58,497 nt of DNA from a virus (lineage: Duplodnaviria; Caudoviricetes). The stretch spans positions 1 through 58,497 of the IMG/VR virus record IMGVR_UViG_3300004265_000001. The stretch is one strand, 5' to 3'. Positions 44,369-57,100 of the stretch are shown one piece after another (position 1 is the first letter of the stretch; each line of letters starts with the position of its first letter). The notes under the pieces are model-generated. The model made no database searches and was not told the origin of the DNA. It saw nothing but the letters and a program-made list of their open reading frames with translations. Position numbers and translations under genes: made by a program.

Positions 44369-44621
44369 CTTTTCCCCTCAAATACAAAGGCATAGATAAA
44401 CCAGCCTTTTGTAATTCTTCTTCTATATATTTGCGCATTTCTGGATTTTCATTAATGAATATTTTTAGGTTTAATAAGAATCCTTCTCTAATAAAATCGC
44501 TACCACTTTTGCCGGATATTATTGGCAATATTCGAGTTATAACTTTTTCAGATTCCGTTATAAACACCTTATGATCAGCTGATTTAGCTATATCAATCGG
44601 CATGGTTGGTCTACCGCTCAT
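44358..44621 (-). CDS. Putative DNA-binding protein, ribbon-helix-helix-like (start re-called at ATG 44621)
   Basis: MSGRP...HKVFITESE...GKSGSDFIRE pattern, with an aagga RBS. Confidence 0.5.
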   Translation of the reverse strand: MSGRPTMPIDIAKSADHKVFITESEKVITRILPIISGKSGSDFIREGFLLNLKIFINENPEMRKYIEEELQKAGLSMPLYLRGKDDK

Positions 44622-44796
44622 GCAATGATCCTTCTGTCTAGCTGTGACTATCACAATAATATCAGTTAAAATGATATAAACATCACTATAGCTCGTATAA
44701 CTAACATTAGCGGTAATTAACAAGGTATGGTAAAAGCTTTCCCAAAATGCAATATTAGATTAAACCCACTCATTAACCGCACAACAAGGCTCAAGT

Positions 44797-45006
44797 ATGA
44801 ATAGCGCTAAATTTATTGCATTATGTTTTGGATTTTTAACAATTACCTCATTGATAGTTGCCCCGATCCTTTCGTGCTTATCTGGTGTATTGTGTGCAAG
44901 CGTTGGCGTATGTGGGTATAAGAAGGGGATTAATAACGCTCAGTACGCAATAAGCGCACTAATATTAATCATTATTTCAATTAGGCTAATATGGGTAATG
45001 CAATGA
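44797..45006 (+). CDS. Small multi-pass membrane protein
   Basis: 69 aa, almost entirely hydrophobic, on the strand opposite the flanking operons. Confidence 0.55.
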   Translation: MNSAKFIALCFGFLTITSLIVAPILSCLSGVLCASVGVCGYKKGINNAQYAISALILIIISIRLIWVMQ

Positions 45007-45164
45007 AGATATTAAAGAAAGCCGGTATAGCATCCTGGTTACTTGGCTGCGTTTTTACAGTGTTAACCGGTAGTATGGGCTGTTTTGCTGGTGGGTTATT
45101 TATTGGCATCATGCTTTTTTCGCTTGACGAAACTCTAAATCACTTCTTTATCTCTCCTAAATAA
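45003..45164 (+). CDS. Small membrane protein (53 aa, below the ORF-track cutoff)
   Basis: ATGA overlap with the previous stop. MKILKKAGIASWLLGCVFTVLTGSMGCFAGGLFIGIMLFSLDE... Confidence 0.5.
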   Translation: MKILKKAGIASWLLGCVFTVLTGSMGCFAGGLFIGIMLFSLDETLNHFFISPK

Positions 45165-45184
45165 AAAGGGGATTTCTCCCCTTT
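45163..45184. terminator. Bidirectional terminator
   Basis: aaAAAGGGGA-tttc-TCCCCTTT between convergent genes. Confidence 0.7.
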
Positions 45185-45197
45185 AATATTTACTTAT

Positions 45198-48100
45198 CTA
45201 CTTTTTAAATATTGTAATAGCCCTTTCCTTTACTCTATTAGCTTGCTCGGTACCGAGTGAAGCCTTTGCCTTTTTTATCGCATTTTCAGCGCTTGTTTTT
45301 GATAACTGAAACGGTGGAGTCCTTCCAAGTATAAGCATCTTTGCATTCAATTCTGAAACACCTGATCGCCTTAATGTCTCAAGAATATCAGCCTGTTTCA
45401 TGCCTGAGTTTTTAGCAGACGATACAAGTCTAATCATTTTAGCAAAGGCTTCCTTATGTTGGCGTTGTGCCGAGTTGAATGCCGATGTTAGATCGTCATC
45501 GCTTATCTCGTTAACATTCTGTATTTCTTTCATGATCGTGCGGTTAGCATTCTTAATCATGTCAGAAAATTCAAACGTCTTATAGTGAAGCGATGTTTTA
45601 GGGTCCATGGTAGACATGCGCCAGCCTACAAGAGAAAGCATTTCTTCTTCCATCTTGTAAGGTTTTCCAGAGCTACTAACCTGACCATCTAATGCTTTAT
45701 GTATTCTTACAGCATTACCGATAAAGCCTGGTGCAACAGTTTTACCAAGATGCACCGCTATATCTGCTAGTTGTTCATCTGGTGCAGCATTATCGTTATA
45801 CACCATGCCGCCTGAACCTTTCTTATTTGCCATCACCTCAAATATTGATTGAGCCACAATGTCGGCACCCAAAAATGGCGATATTAAATCAGATAAAGCA
45901 CTAACGGCAGAATCTTCCCATGGTTGGTTGCGCATCATTGCAGTGAATGGGCGCTTAAAATATCCGTATGGATCAAGGAATGACATATCAAAGTATTGAA
46001 GATTTCCTTTTTCGTCACGGCCAACATAAGCAAAGGTTGAGTTCTTTTGCCAAGGCGCAGACAAATCCCTCACCGCTTCTTCTTCATCATCGGTAACACC
46101 TAGCATTGCTTTAGTTGCAGCATTAAGCGCAAAGAATGCTGATGATACAAACGCAAGTCCAGCCATTCGCTTATAACCTAACGCCCTCATTTTTGGGTTA
46201 GCACTTTTAATATCGCTGGCAACAAGCTTAACCATATTGATACTTGTTCTAACTATCTCCGCGGGGAAGCTTACAAAAGTTCCCGCTAGGGGAAATCTAG
46301 AAAGCGATTTAATAGCTTTACCTGTCATTGAGTAAGTAGGGTAAGTGTTACGGATACGCTTAGCAGCTTCAAGCTCGGCCCCTTCAAGGTTCATACCCGC
46401 TTTGATTAATGAATCCTTTTCGTTTTCAAAGCCTATGATTTTCCAGAAGTCATCACCGAAAGCATAAAAGCTTTGAGCAAAATCATTCATCTTTTTAAAG
46501 CTCTTGAGTCCACCTTCACCAAACTTTGAAGATAATACGTCCTCAATATCAGAGTCTTTAAGTAACCTTGCCATTTCCTTTGCGTAAGGGGTGTCATAGA
46601 CAACGCCAATGCGTTTAAGTTTCACAAAGTAATCAATGTCAGATTGTGTAGCAGTGCCTAAAACCTGCGTTCTTACTGAAGCCATAGCCTGTTTAACTTT
46701 TGATAAATCAAAGTGACCATTAGCAAATGCGAAAAACATAGCTGATTGAAAGTTACGTGCTGCAGTCGTTGGCGATAAAACGGTTTTGCCATACTTAACA
46801 GCACCATTAATTCTAACAATGGTCCTCATTAAATCTGACATTTGTTCACGGCCTAACGCATCTTTAAATGATTGCTCAACTTCTGGAAAAGTCCAAAGCC
46901 CATTTAAAGGCGAGTAAGTTTCTGACTGTTCGCCGGCTATCTGCTTAGTTGCATTAGCTGGACGGTTTTTGCCTTCAAACAAAAATGTACCCATACCAAT
47001 GCTAAGTACGCGATCAAGAAAGCGCTCATTCCAAACTAAGCGGCCCATTTTGGTAGCTGACTTAACATAGTTTATGCGTGGGTCATCATACTCACCAAGT
47101 AAGGCACGTATCTCAGGATCAATAACTTTCTTGCGCATTAATATGCTCAAGTCTTTTGCACCTAGTTTGCCTTCAGCGACAAATGATTCCATTGAGTCAT
47201 AAGCGGTACCGGTCTTTAGTATCTCATTAACAACAACATCAGATAGCCTTCTTGCTTCAGCATTTGTTTCGCCTGACTCGACATAGCGATCAACAAAGTA
47301 ATCACGAGCAGCATTAACTGTTTCAGTTGGCACCTTCTTAAACCAGTTAGGATCATCAAATGCTTTATATGAGCGGTTGACATACGATCCAATGTTTTCA
47401 GATATACGAGCTAATAAGGCTTCATCCTTTTCGCTTACACGCCCGTCAACTTCCATTGTTCTTGCCATCTTATCGAGTAGGTTAGATATATACTCGTGAG
47501 ATAGGGCGTCAATACTCTGCCTCATTGCAACAATAGAAGCTTTAACATTGTTTGGTATGCTAGCGTCAACCTTTCCAGATAAAGCAGCGCTAAGCTTGTT
47601 TTTAACGCCTTGCGGCAAATAATCAAATGAACTTTTATAGGCGGTTTGCACTGCCTTATCAAATTCACTAACCAAATGCTTTGCCGTAAACTCAACAGCT
47701 TCAAACTCGTTATCACGGATCACTTGCTCTTTAAACACGCCTTTAGGCAAGAGTCCTTCAGGAGTTAAGTTCCGCTTCAAGATATTTTTACCTTGCTGCC
47801 AAATGCTTTTATCTTGCTCCCTAAGTATTTTGTTTTCAGCATTCCAATCATCGTTCGCAGGAGATCGGTTAAATTTAATATCATTATCCATTCGTGATTG
47901 ATTGCGGCCAATTGTTCTAAACCGTTCACCAATGACGCGGATCATATCTCTTATTTCAGCCTTTGAAATATTGCTACCAATTAAGCCTACTTTTCTAAGG
48001 GCTCTAACAATTGCAGCAACAATACGATCTCTCCACTCGCCGGTAATGCCCGGGTCTTTTTCTGAGATTTTAGCAATTATTTCTTCAGCTTTTTGATTAT

Positions 48101-51100
48101 CCGAAAAACCTTCGTAGTTTTTATCAATTTCGGCCCACACATCAGATAGCGATTTGCTGCCTCGGCTTTGGTTAACAAGATTAATAACTGTTTGCCATTC
48201 TTCTTGTCCAACAACACGCATTAATCCATGGTGAGTTAAAATCTCATGCCTTAGATTTTCAATAACTGATTTGCTGTTTTCTAGATTTTCAGCCGTGAAA
48301 ACAACCTCATTCTTTCTGGGATTGTAAGCGCCAGCAATAACAGCATTAGGATCATTCTCAATGTCAAGGTAACTAGATACCTCTGCTTGGGTTTGGAATA
48401 CGGTTACCTTAATACCTGCAGCACCCTTATAATTTTTAAGGAATGTTTTAGCTATTAGGTCAACGTCTTTTGCCCTCATACCTTTAGACTTTGGATTAGC
48501 AATATTAGATTTGTTAAAGACAATTCCCTTTTCTTTAAAGTCATTTTGCTTCTTACCGGCTAAGCGGTTGTAGTTAGATATTTGAGCTTGGTTTTTAATG
48601 GCAAGAGGTGTAATCCCGTCCATAGCCTTAACAAATCTTTTCATTTCAGATTCAGTCATAGCCACATCAAGAGTACCGCCACCTTTTACAGCTTGTTCGC
48701 CTATAACAGCTTCTATCGCTGGATTTCCCCAGTAAAGTTTACCCTTACTTACACTCTTAGGCATTGACGCAACAAACGTCCCCTCATTGCGCCAGTGGCG
48801 GCGAACTACAACAGAGTTATCGTGATTGGCGATACCCATCATCGCGTTTTCTTTATCAGTATTTGCCAGCCAGTTAGATGCTTGACTATGTGATATAGAA
48901 AGCTTTTGCGATACATCATCAGCAGGATCAAAAGATCTTGGCAATACCATAGCTTGAATAATTCGGCCATCAGCAAGAGTTATCGGCTTGATCTGCCCTT
49001 TAACTCTTGATAGTGCCTGACCTTCAACTAAGTTACCGGTAATAACATAACGTGACTCACGAGCCGGCCTATTTGCTTCTGCTTCAAATCGCGCCTTCAT
49101 CGTGCTTTCATTATCCCAACGCTTACCTTGCACTGTGCCTTTTTTAGCTAGCGATAAAGAAACGTCAAGCTTGCCAACGCGATCAGCAACCATTAACTTC
49201 ATTTTCCATTTTGATGCAGAATATGGATTGCCAGATACATGCTTGTAATCTAGTCCAACAACAACAGCAGCCGTTACCGGCTCACCTTCTGCCATGACTA
49301 TATTTAAGAAGCTGCCATGACTGTACATGCCACCAGCACCAAACAAATTAGTCACTTCAGATACATTAGAATCAAAGTCATAAACTCGCGCTTCAGCATC
49401 AATGATTGATTGCTCATATGAGCTGGCATCTTTACCTTCAGACAATAGAAGTTTTCTACGGTCCTTTAACTCATTAACTCTGTTTTGAAGCTTTGTTCTA
49501 AACTCGGTATCTCTTGATGCCTGATCAATAGCATCATTAAATACTGATTGGCTGGACTCTGCTTTAACATCAGAGGCTTGAGCCCAAGTTGGTGATCTAC
49601 CAATGGCCTTAGCGTCGACCTTAGTTAATCGAACTGGATCAGAGAACACGCCGCCGCCTTTTTTGCCTTCAGAAATAATCTTCTGTGAAACTGGTGCGGC
49701 ATCTAGATCTAACTCAGTCATGTTAAGTTCATTTTGCCCGGTAGAGTCAAGGTATGTAATCAAGTCTCGATATTCACCCTCAATAACCTCTAATACTTCT
49801 GTTTGTACTTTTACAGGCAAAACAGCAAGCTTACCTAGGAAGTAAACTGCAGTGTCAACATCAGGAACACTAGTTAACTTAGGGCTAAACTGTCCTAGGT
49901 AATCAAGGTTTGAGTCAACAAACTCTTTAACCACCTTATCGCCATAAGCATTTAGCAGATCAACAGAGTCAACACTAGTTGCTGATTCTGTATTACCTGA
50001 AGTATTAGCATTAAGTGATGACATTTTTTTAGATAAAACAGCCGCAGGCCTTTTTTCAGAAGGAAGATCTAGCCATAAGTTTTCATAAGAAGGTAATGAA
50101 ACCTGTCCTGTTCTATTTGTTCGGCCAAGCATTTGCATATAGACGTTTATGTCTAGTGATGGTTGCGCCACGATCATGTGCCTAGGTGATTGCTCTGAAA
50201 ACTTTTCACTAGAATGAAGCGATAGCCCAGTTGATCCAGCTTGGTTTAAAATAAGAACATCAAGTGAACCATCATTAAACCTGTCAATAACTGCTCGTCT
50301 ATCCATTTCATTTGCTGGTCTTGGGATGATTTTGTTGTTATCGGCATAATCAATCATTATGTTTCGACCGGTAACTTCGGCAACCTTATAACCCGCGCTT
50401 GTTATTTCATGGCGAATAGCATCTATTGGTGAACCTGGTATTGACTCACTGCCCATTGCCTTTATTTCTTGCAATGCTCTAGAGTAAAGTTGTTGGATAA
50501 TAGGATCATTAACCTTGTTTATAGGCATTCTTACTTTTATGCCTTTCTTCTCGCCAGGTTCTTTTACTGAATAAGCTAATACGCCATCGAGTGCATTTTT
50601 TAGCACTGTGCCATAAGACATATTTGAAGCATTGCCGCCAATAGATAAAGCGTTATTGTTCATGTAGCTTTGCAGTGCAGATCCCAATGTATTGTCAAGT
50701 GCGATAACTGGTCGCTTACCTTGCTTAATTGCTTCAATAGCAGCTAATCCAGCCTCTTTAGCTTTTAAGCCTAGTGATAGTTGTGAAATATTATTGTGAA
50801 CGACTGAGCTAAATGAAGTCACGTTGATATTTGAGTCAGCCTTATTACCACCAACGGAAGTATCAAGGCCGTGTTTTTGTTGTATGTAGTCTTTAAGTGA
50901 TGTTTCAACATACTGAGCCCACATTGCAGACATATCTTGAATGGTTCTAAGTACAGTAGTGGCCTTATCAAATGACTGAGCAGTTTTGCCGCCCTTATCT
51001 TCAATGACTCTATTTTTTATGTTGATACCATCAAATGAACGCTCACGCCTTACCATTTGACCAGCTTCAGAAAGCTTGCCGGCTATATAGGTTTGCATTC

Positions 51101-54100
51101 CTAAACCACCTGAAGATATTGCATCAAGCAAAGCTTGCTTGCTGTCAGTGGCTAGGCCTAAGTCAGTCCTCATGTATAGCATCATGTTATCTGGACGCTT
51201 AGCATACGTTGCCGATAGATAAGTAACACCATGAGATCTAAGTACAAGATCTTGGAATATTTCACCAGACTTTGATTGGCCAGCAGCGGAATGCGATTCA
51301 TCCATGATTAAAATTGCGTTTTCAGCAATCTTACCTAGAAGCCCAGACTTCAAGCCTGATTTGTCTGAGGATATCTGCGAGTAAGTAAGGAATAAACCGT
51401 CATAACCTTCTGGCAATCCATCGGGTGTAACCTTGCTTAGAAGTGCTTTTCTCTTTGCGTCGGTATGGTTAAAAAGCTTTTCACCGCCTTTAGATACAAA
51501 GCCTTTGTCATTATTCATAATCAAAGGAGTAAAGTTTTTCACGCCTATATCTGCAAGATCATCATGCATGTCGGTAAATAGGTTTGGTTTTTGTGAGATA
51601 AAAACGGGGATCTTACCTTGCTGCATTGCATAGCGAATAATGCCAGCAGCTTGACGGCCTTTACCTACACCAGTTTGATCGCCAATGATAATAGCTCGGC
51701 CTTTTTCAATGTTATCAATAGCAAGTGCAACAGCATCAGCCTGTAGCGCCATGAATGCGCTATACATTTCTTCTTTATCAGAATACCCAAGCTTATCAGT
51801 AACATAGTTATCAACACTTCCATGCCTTACGCCAATATCAATCAATGCTGATTGGATTGATGAAGCCATGTTGCTAGGTGTTAATACCTTGTCATTAAAC
51901 CCGCCTGAAGCAGTTTTGTAATGCGCTTGAAATTCGTTAGCCTTATCAACCTTAGTATCAACTTTAACAGGGGCAGTATTACCCTTTAGGTTTTTATTGC
52001 TAGCTAAAGGTAATTCATCGGCGTTAGCTGATTCGACATTTGCCTTTGAGTCTGGCTTGCTTCCTCTAACACCTTTTTGTTCGACCAATCCAGTTGACTT
52101 AATATCTGGCTGGCTTGCGATTGATCCATCAGTAGGCTTGCCAATTGGCTCGGGTCTTGTTCTTCCGATTCCATCTGACTTGATAAGTCCTGCCTCTCTA
52201 TCACGCTTAGATCCGATATCATCATTTCTAGGCTCGACTCTAGGTTTTGAATCGCTGCTGCGTAGGTCGGTGTTTCCCCCTTTGTTATCGGAAACAGTAC
52301 CATTGCTTTTTGCTCGTCCGTTAAATTTGTTGCTGTCGGAACTAAGTAAACTAGCATCGCTGAACTTTTCATATAATTCACTCCAAGACTTAACTCGATT
52401 TACTACACCCTTTATCGGTGCGAACATTCCGGTGCCTGTTCTAACTCGACCACCGATAACAATCATCTGTGTAGGGAATCCTGCACCCTGACCAGTGTAC
52501 AAGCTACCATCTACTTCAACGTGAAGTTTAACGCTATAGTTTGAATAAAGCCAATTTAAGAATGCCTTTTGATTACCTTTGAAAACACCAGGTTCTTTCA
52601 TGTTTGCACCGATGATCAATGTAGCTCGGCCATCGTCCTTCATAGCTTCAAGCGCATTGTGAGCAATAACATGATCAATCTCTTTCAAGGTTACTAGCTT
52701 GCCGCTGTAATCATTAAAGGTGACAACTGGACGCTCGCCATTGTCATTTTTTGGCATTGGACCAAATGGAGGGTTAGCAATAACAGCGTCAACCTTAGTG
52801 CCAATATTGTTTGCGGTAGCATCATTCACGGTAACGTTGTAACCCGTCCAAGCTAGGCTAGACGCTCTAACAGGATCAAGCTCATTAGCCATTGTTAGTT
52901 TAGGATTGGCTGTAATCAACAATAATCCATTACCTGCAGTTGGCTCGTAAACAGTAGATAGCGAATCAATTCCGGCGCCCAAATTGGCTAGCAGTGCCAT
53001 AGGTGTAGGAGTGCTATACGCTTGCAGGTCGCTTGATTTAGCCGTTCTAACATCAAGGTTAGGTTGTGACTTATAATCATTAACCGCAATGTCATATGCT
53101 GATTTAATTGCCTTTAGTGAGCCATTACCAAGAGACAGTACGGCACCAATTCTTTTGCGGCGAGCAACAACTGAAACCGTTTCAAAAGCTTCTTGAATGA
53201 TTTTAAGTTGTGAAGCAGTAACGTCAGATGGCTTAGAAAGCCCAAAAGCCTTAGCGCCAATAATCTTTAAGTCATTATTGTTTTTAGCCTCGAACCCGCT
53301 GGATACTTCTTTTTGAACAAGGTTTAACACCCGCTCATTTTCACTGCTTTCATTTACTTCTAACGTTTCACTTACGTTAGGCGCTGGATTTAACTTTAAT
53401 ACATTAGCTTCAGTTATACCGCTTATCTTGAAAACTTCTCTGCCAACTTTAAGCTGTAAATCAGAAACAACGTTTCTACCTTTCCCGTAGTTGCTGCCGT
53501 GATAACCATGCTCAACTGATGCTACTATGTCTTTTATATAGTCATCTACATTTTCATACTGGTTTCTTGGCCCTGTTGATGACATAGCCTGTCTGATTCT
53601 GCTAGCAGACCTTTCGTTATCAGTTAGCTGACCCCATGTTCTATCACGGCCAAACGCTGTTCCAAGGTCAATATCTAAGTCGTCAAGATCTTTGGCCTCA
53701 ACCGCTTTTACTGGCTTTGGCTTATCTTGTGAAGCTGAACTCTTAACATCAGATTCAAGCGCTGAAATATCGGTATACCCATCGGTACGAGATAGAACAT
53801 CGTTAATAACCTTATTGCTTAGCCCTGCTTTAATATAATCAGCACGAACACCTTTAAGGCTAGGTTTTTTAATTCCAGCATCTTTGTTGGTTTGAAGCCT
53901 AGAAGTTATAACGTCTTTTATTTTATCAATGATATCTAAATCTTTATTTCCCTTATTAGGTACGCGGTCTTTATCTGTCAATGATCCGTCACTTACTGAC
54001 TCAATAACTTCTGACAAAGGCTTTTTAGGTTTTTTTCTGAGTTCTTCTATCTTGGCTTTGCTTACTGCTTCATCTTCAACTTGAGTCGTTTTATTTGACT

Positions 54101-57100
54101 CTTTGCCTTGCTGAATCAAATAAGTTACAGCCCATGAAAGATCATCAATCTTTTTGGTTGTGGCTTTGTCATACATATTAACGCCGCCTGATTTATTTCT
54201 ATTATCAGGGTCATTAGTCAAGTCGGTGATCCACTGGTTCAATTCTTCGCCAGTGTAATTTTTTGATAGTTCTACTCTATCCCATCCAAATGTTTTTCTT
54301 TTCTTAGGTTGAATATCACTTGAACCGGCTTGGACTTCAGAGCTTGGGAACTCTTTAGCCAAAGGAATAAGATCAGCGATAGGCGAGTCAAGCTGAATAA
54401 CTTTAATTTCTTCACCGGCTTCACGCTTAGCTAACCATTGGTGATGCCCGTCTAAAACGTAATTATCAGACGATATAAGGATAGAACGATCACCGCCCTC
54501 ATAACCCATAGCCTTTTTAACTTTAGCTTGTGAGAACTCCGCTTGAGTAGGTTTAAGCGTATCCGCTGAAACAGTTTTAGTTTCGTGGGTTACACCTTTG
54601 CCTTTCATAAAGTTAACTAACGCGCCTCTATGCTCAGCTTTGATTTGTGGCATTTCAGAGCGAGGGATATTAAGCGTTTTAGTTTTTTTGGCAAAAGCAG
54701 TCCATTCTTTATCAATTTTTGCACCGGCAATATCGCTAGCAATACCAGACTGTTTAACCGCTGGTATCACTTCAGGTAAAGTTTCTTCCGCTTTTGGTAA
54801 AGTATTTTCCACTACTGGTACTGTTTCTTCAGTTTTTAGTAAATTACTTTCCGTTTTTGGTAAACTTTCTTCCGTTACTGGTTTTGCTCCGGCTGTTGTT
54901 CCTTGCGTTGTTTCGCTCGGGCTAACCCGCTCTGAAGTGATTCCTTCAAGTTGCTGCGTGGTTGGCTGATTAGCTTTTTGAATAGCGGGCTTTGCTTCTG
55001 CATAGGTAGTTACTCTCTGTTCTGATATGTCGCTTAGTTTGGCTAATAGGCTAGGTAGTGAAACCTTACCCGCTTCGTATTGCTCGATAATGCTGGTTGT
55101 TGCTTCAAAGTCAGTATCACCAGCAGTCGATACAAGTTCATCAAGGATCACTTGTTCTTCATTGTAGTGATCAGGCATTTCATTAAGCATGTCGCTATAC
55201 GACTGAGAATCGGCCAAGTGAGCATCACTGCCGGTTGCATCTTTCATCAGCGTATTAAAATCATTCACCCGCTTTTCAGCACGTAAAGTACGGTTGCTTT
55301 CTAACTTTTCTTTTGCCTGCTCTGCACCTTCAGTACGCATGACGTTAATAGTATCAAGCATATCTTCAACGACTTCAGCTTGTCGCTTGCCAAGTGGCTC
55401 ATTATTCAAAGCCTTGTTTACTGCGATGTTTAATTTGTCGGTGCCGCCCAACTGCTTGGCCCATGACTTAACCATTTGAGCATCACCGGTAAGCATTTCG
55501 GCATCGGCTAAGCTTGAGTAATGCGATTCTTCATTGTTAGCTTCGCCGTAAAGCATTTCAACAACATCATTGCTATCAAGCTGCTTTCCTTCACGGTTAG
55601 TAAATCCAAGCTCGTGCAAGCTTTCTGCCGCATCATCAAAGCTCATTTTACCTTTAGCTGAAAATGTCTTACTGCCTTTGAACATGGCAGGATCAAAACC
55701 TTCAGACTGTGCCGCACTGCGACTTAGCCCACCCATCTTTGCAAGGGCTTCGCTCATTGTGTCTGTTTGGCCGCTAGGCTCAGTTACCTTAGCTATGCGA
55801 CCAGATAACCCGCCAAAGTCTGATAATGCTTTACGGTAGCCGTTATTCATCATCTTTGAGGCGTTAGGCTTACCTTTCATTGCAGCAGGGATCTTGGCCT
55901 CTTTTGCATTTTGCAGGTATTCGAGATCCGCTTGCTCGCGATATTCTAATTCGCCAGGCGTTGGGCCACTTTCTCGCTTTGCACCAATAACCAGCTCTTG
56001 TGGAGTAGGGCTAAAAGGTCTTGATAATCTTTCTTGAATATCACCGGCACCAGACTCAACTCGTTTCTTGTCCATGTTCGCACGTTGCAAATCAAGGCTT
56101 GCCTCTAATGCTGCTCGGCGTTCTGGCACTGTCATGTTGCTGCGATCAACCTTGGCAACTTCTTCAGGTATGATCGGCGGGGCCTCTTGCTCAGGTTCTA
56201 GATCGACAAGTTCATCCACTGGCTGAGAAGGTCTACCGGTAACTTTATCAACTACACCACCACCAGCACCAAGGCCACCACCAATAGCAGCACCCATAAC
56301 ACCGCTTTCAACGGCATTTTTGGCAACACCTTTCATTGGGTCAATATCTTGCCCTGCAATATCAATAAGCGTTAAGTTTTGCGCATACTGTTCCATTGCG
56401 CCTTGCGCTGCTTCCGTTGGAGCTTCTGCCGCAACACCTGAAAGCGCTTTTTTAGCGATGCCGCCACTTAGCTTACCCGCAACAATACGGCCCAATGTCG
56501 CATCACCGATAAATGAAGCTAAAGCGTTTACAGTCATTAACGCTGGATCTTGCATAATATCTTTTGATGCTTTCTCGGCTGTAATTGTCCTAGCCAAATT
56601 AAGCTTTTGCTTTGAAGTCATGCCGTCGTTATTAGGGTCTTCATCAATGTTTAAAAATGCTTCTTTAAATGATTCAGACTGAGAAAGGTCACGCCACGGT
56701 AAGTTTTCAATAACCTCTCTTACTTGAACACCTGATCCACCTTGAGCGGAAACAGTTGAAGCAACAGCAGTAGGGGCCATCATTGCAGCATTTGCTATTT
56801 TATTAGCGGCAATTTTTGCACCTTCAGGCGTAAGGCCTTTTGCAATGCCATTGGCAAGGGCTATATCATAAGCCCCTTTATAAAGAGCTTTACCACCAAG
56901 ACCACCAGCAATGAGATCTGGAACCATACGCGCAATTGTTTCTGTACCTTTCAATATCCAAGTCGATAACTTTGTTGCATTATCGGTAAACTCTAAATTG
57001 TCATTAATTAGCTCACCTTCAAGCTGTTTTCTAGCAGTAACTGACATTGACGATCTGATACCTTCCTGTGTTTCACGAAATTGTTCTTGAGTTTGACGCT

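Noticed and set aside
54330-54700. ParB-like domain as evidence of a plasmid-prophage partition system
   Set aside because: It is embedded in the ejection protein, has no following HTH, and no ParA gene is present.
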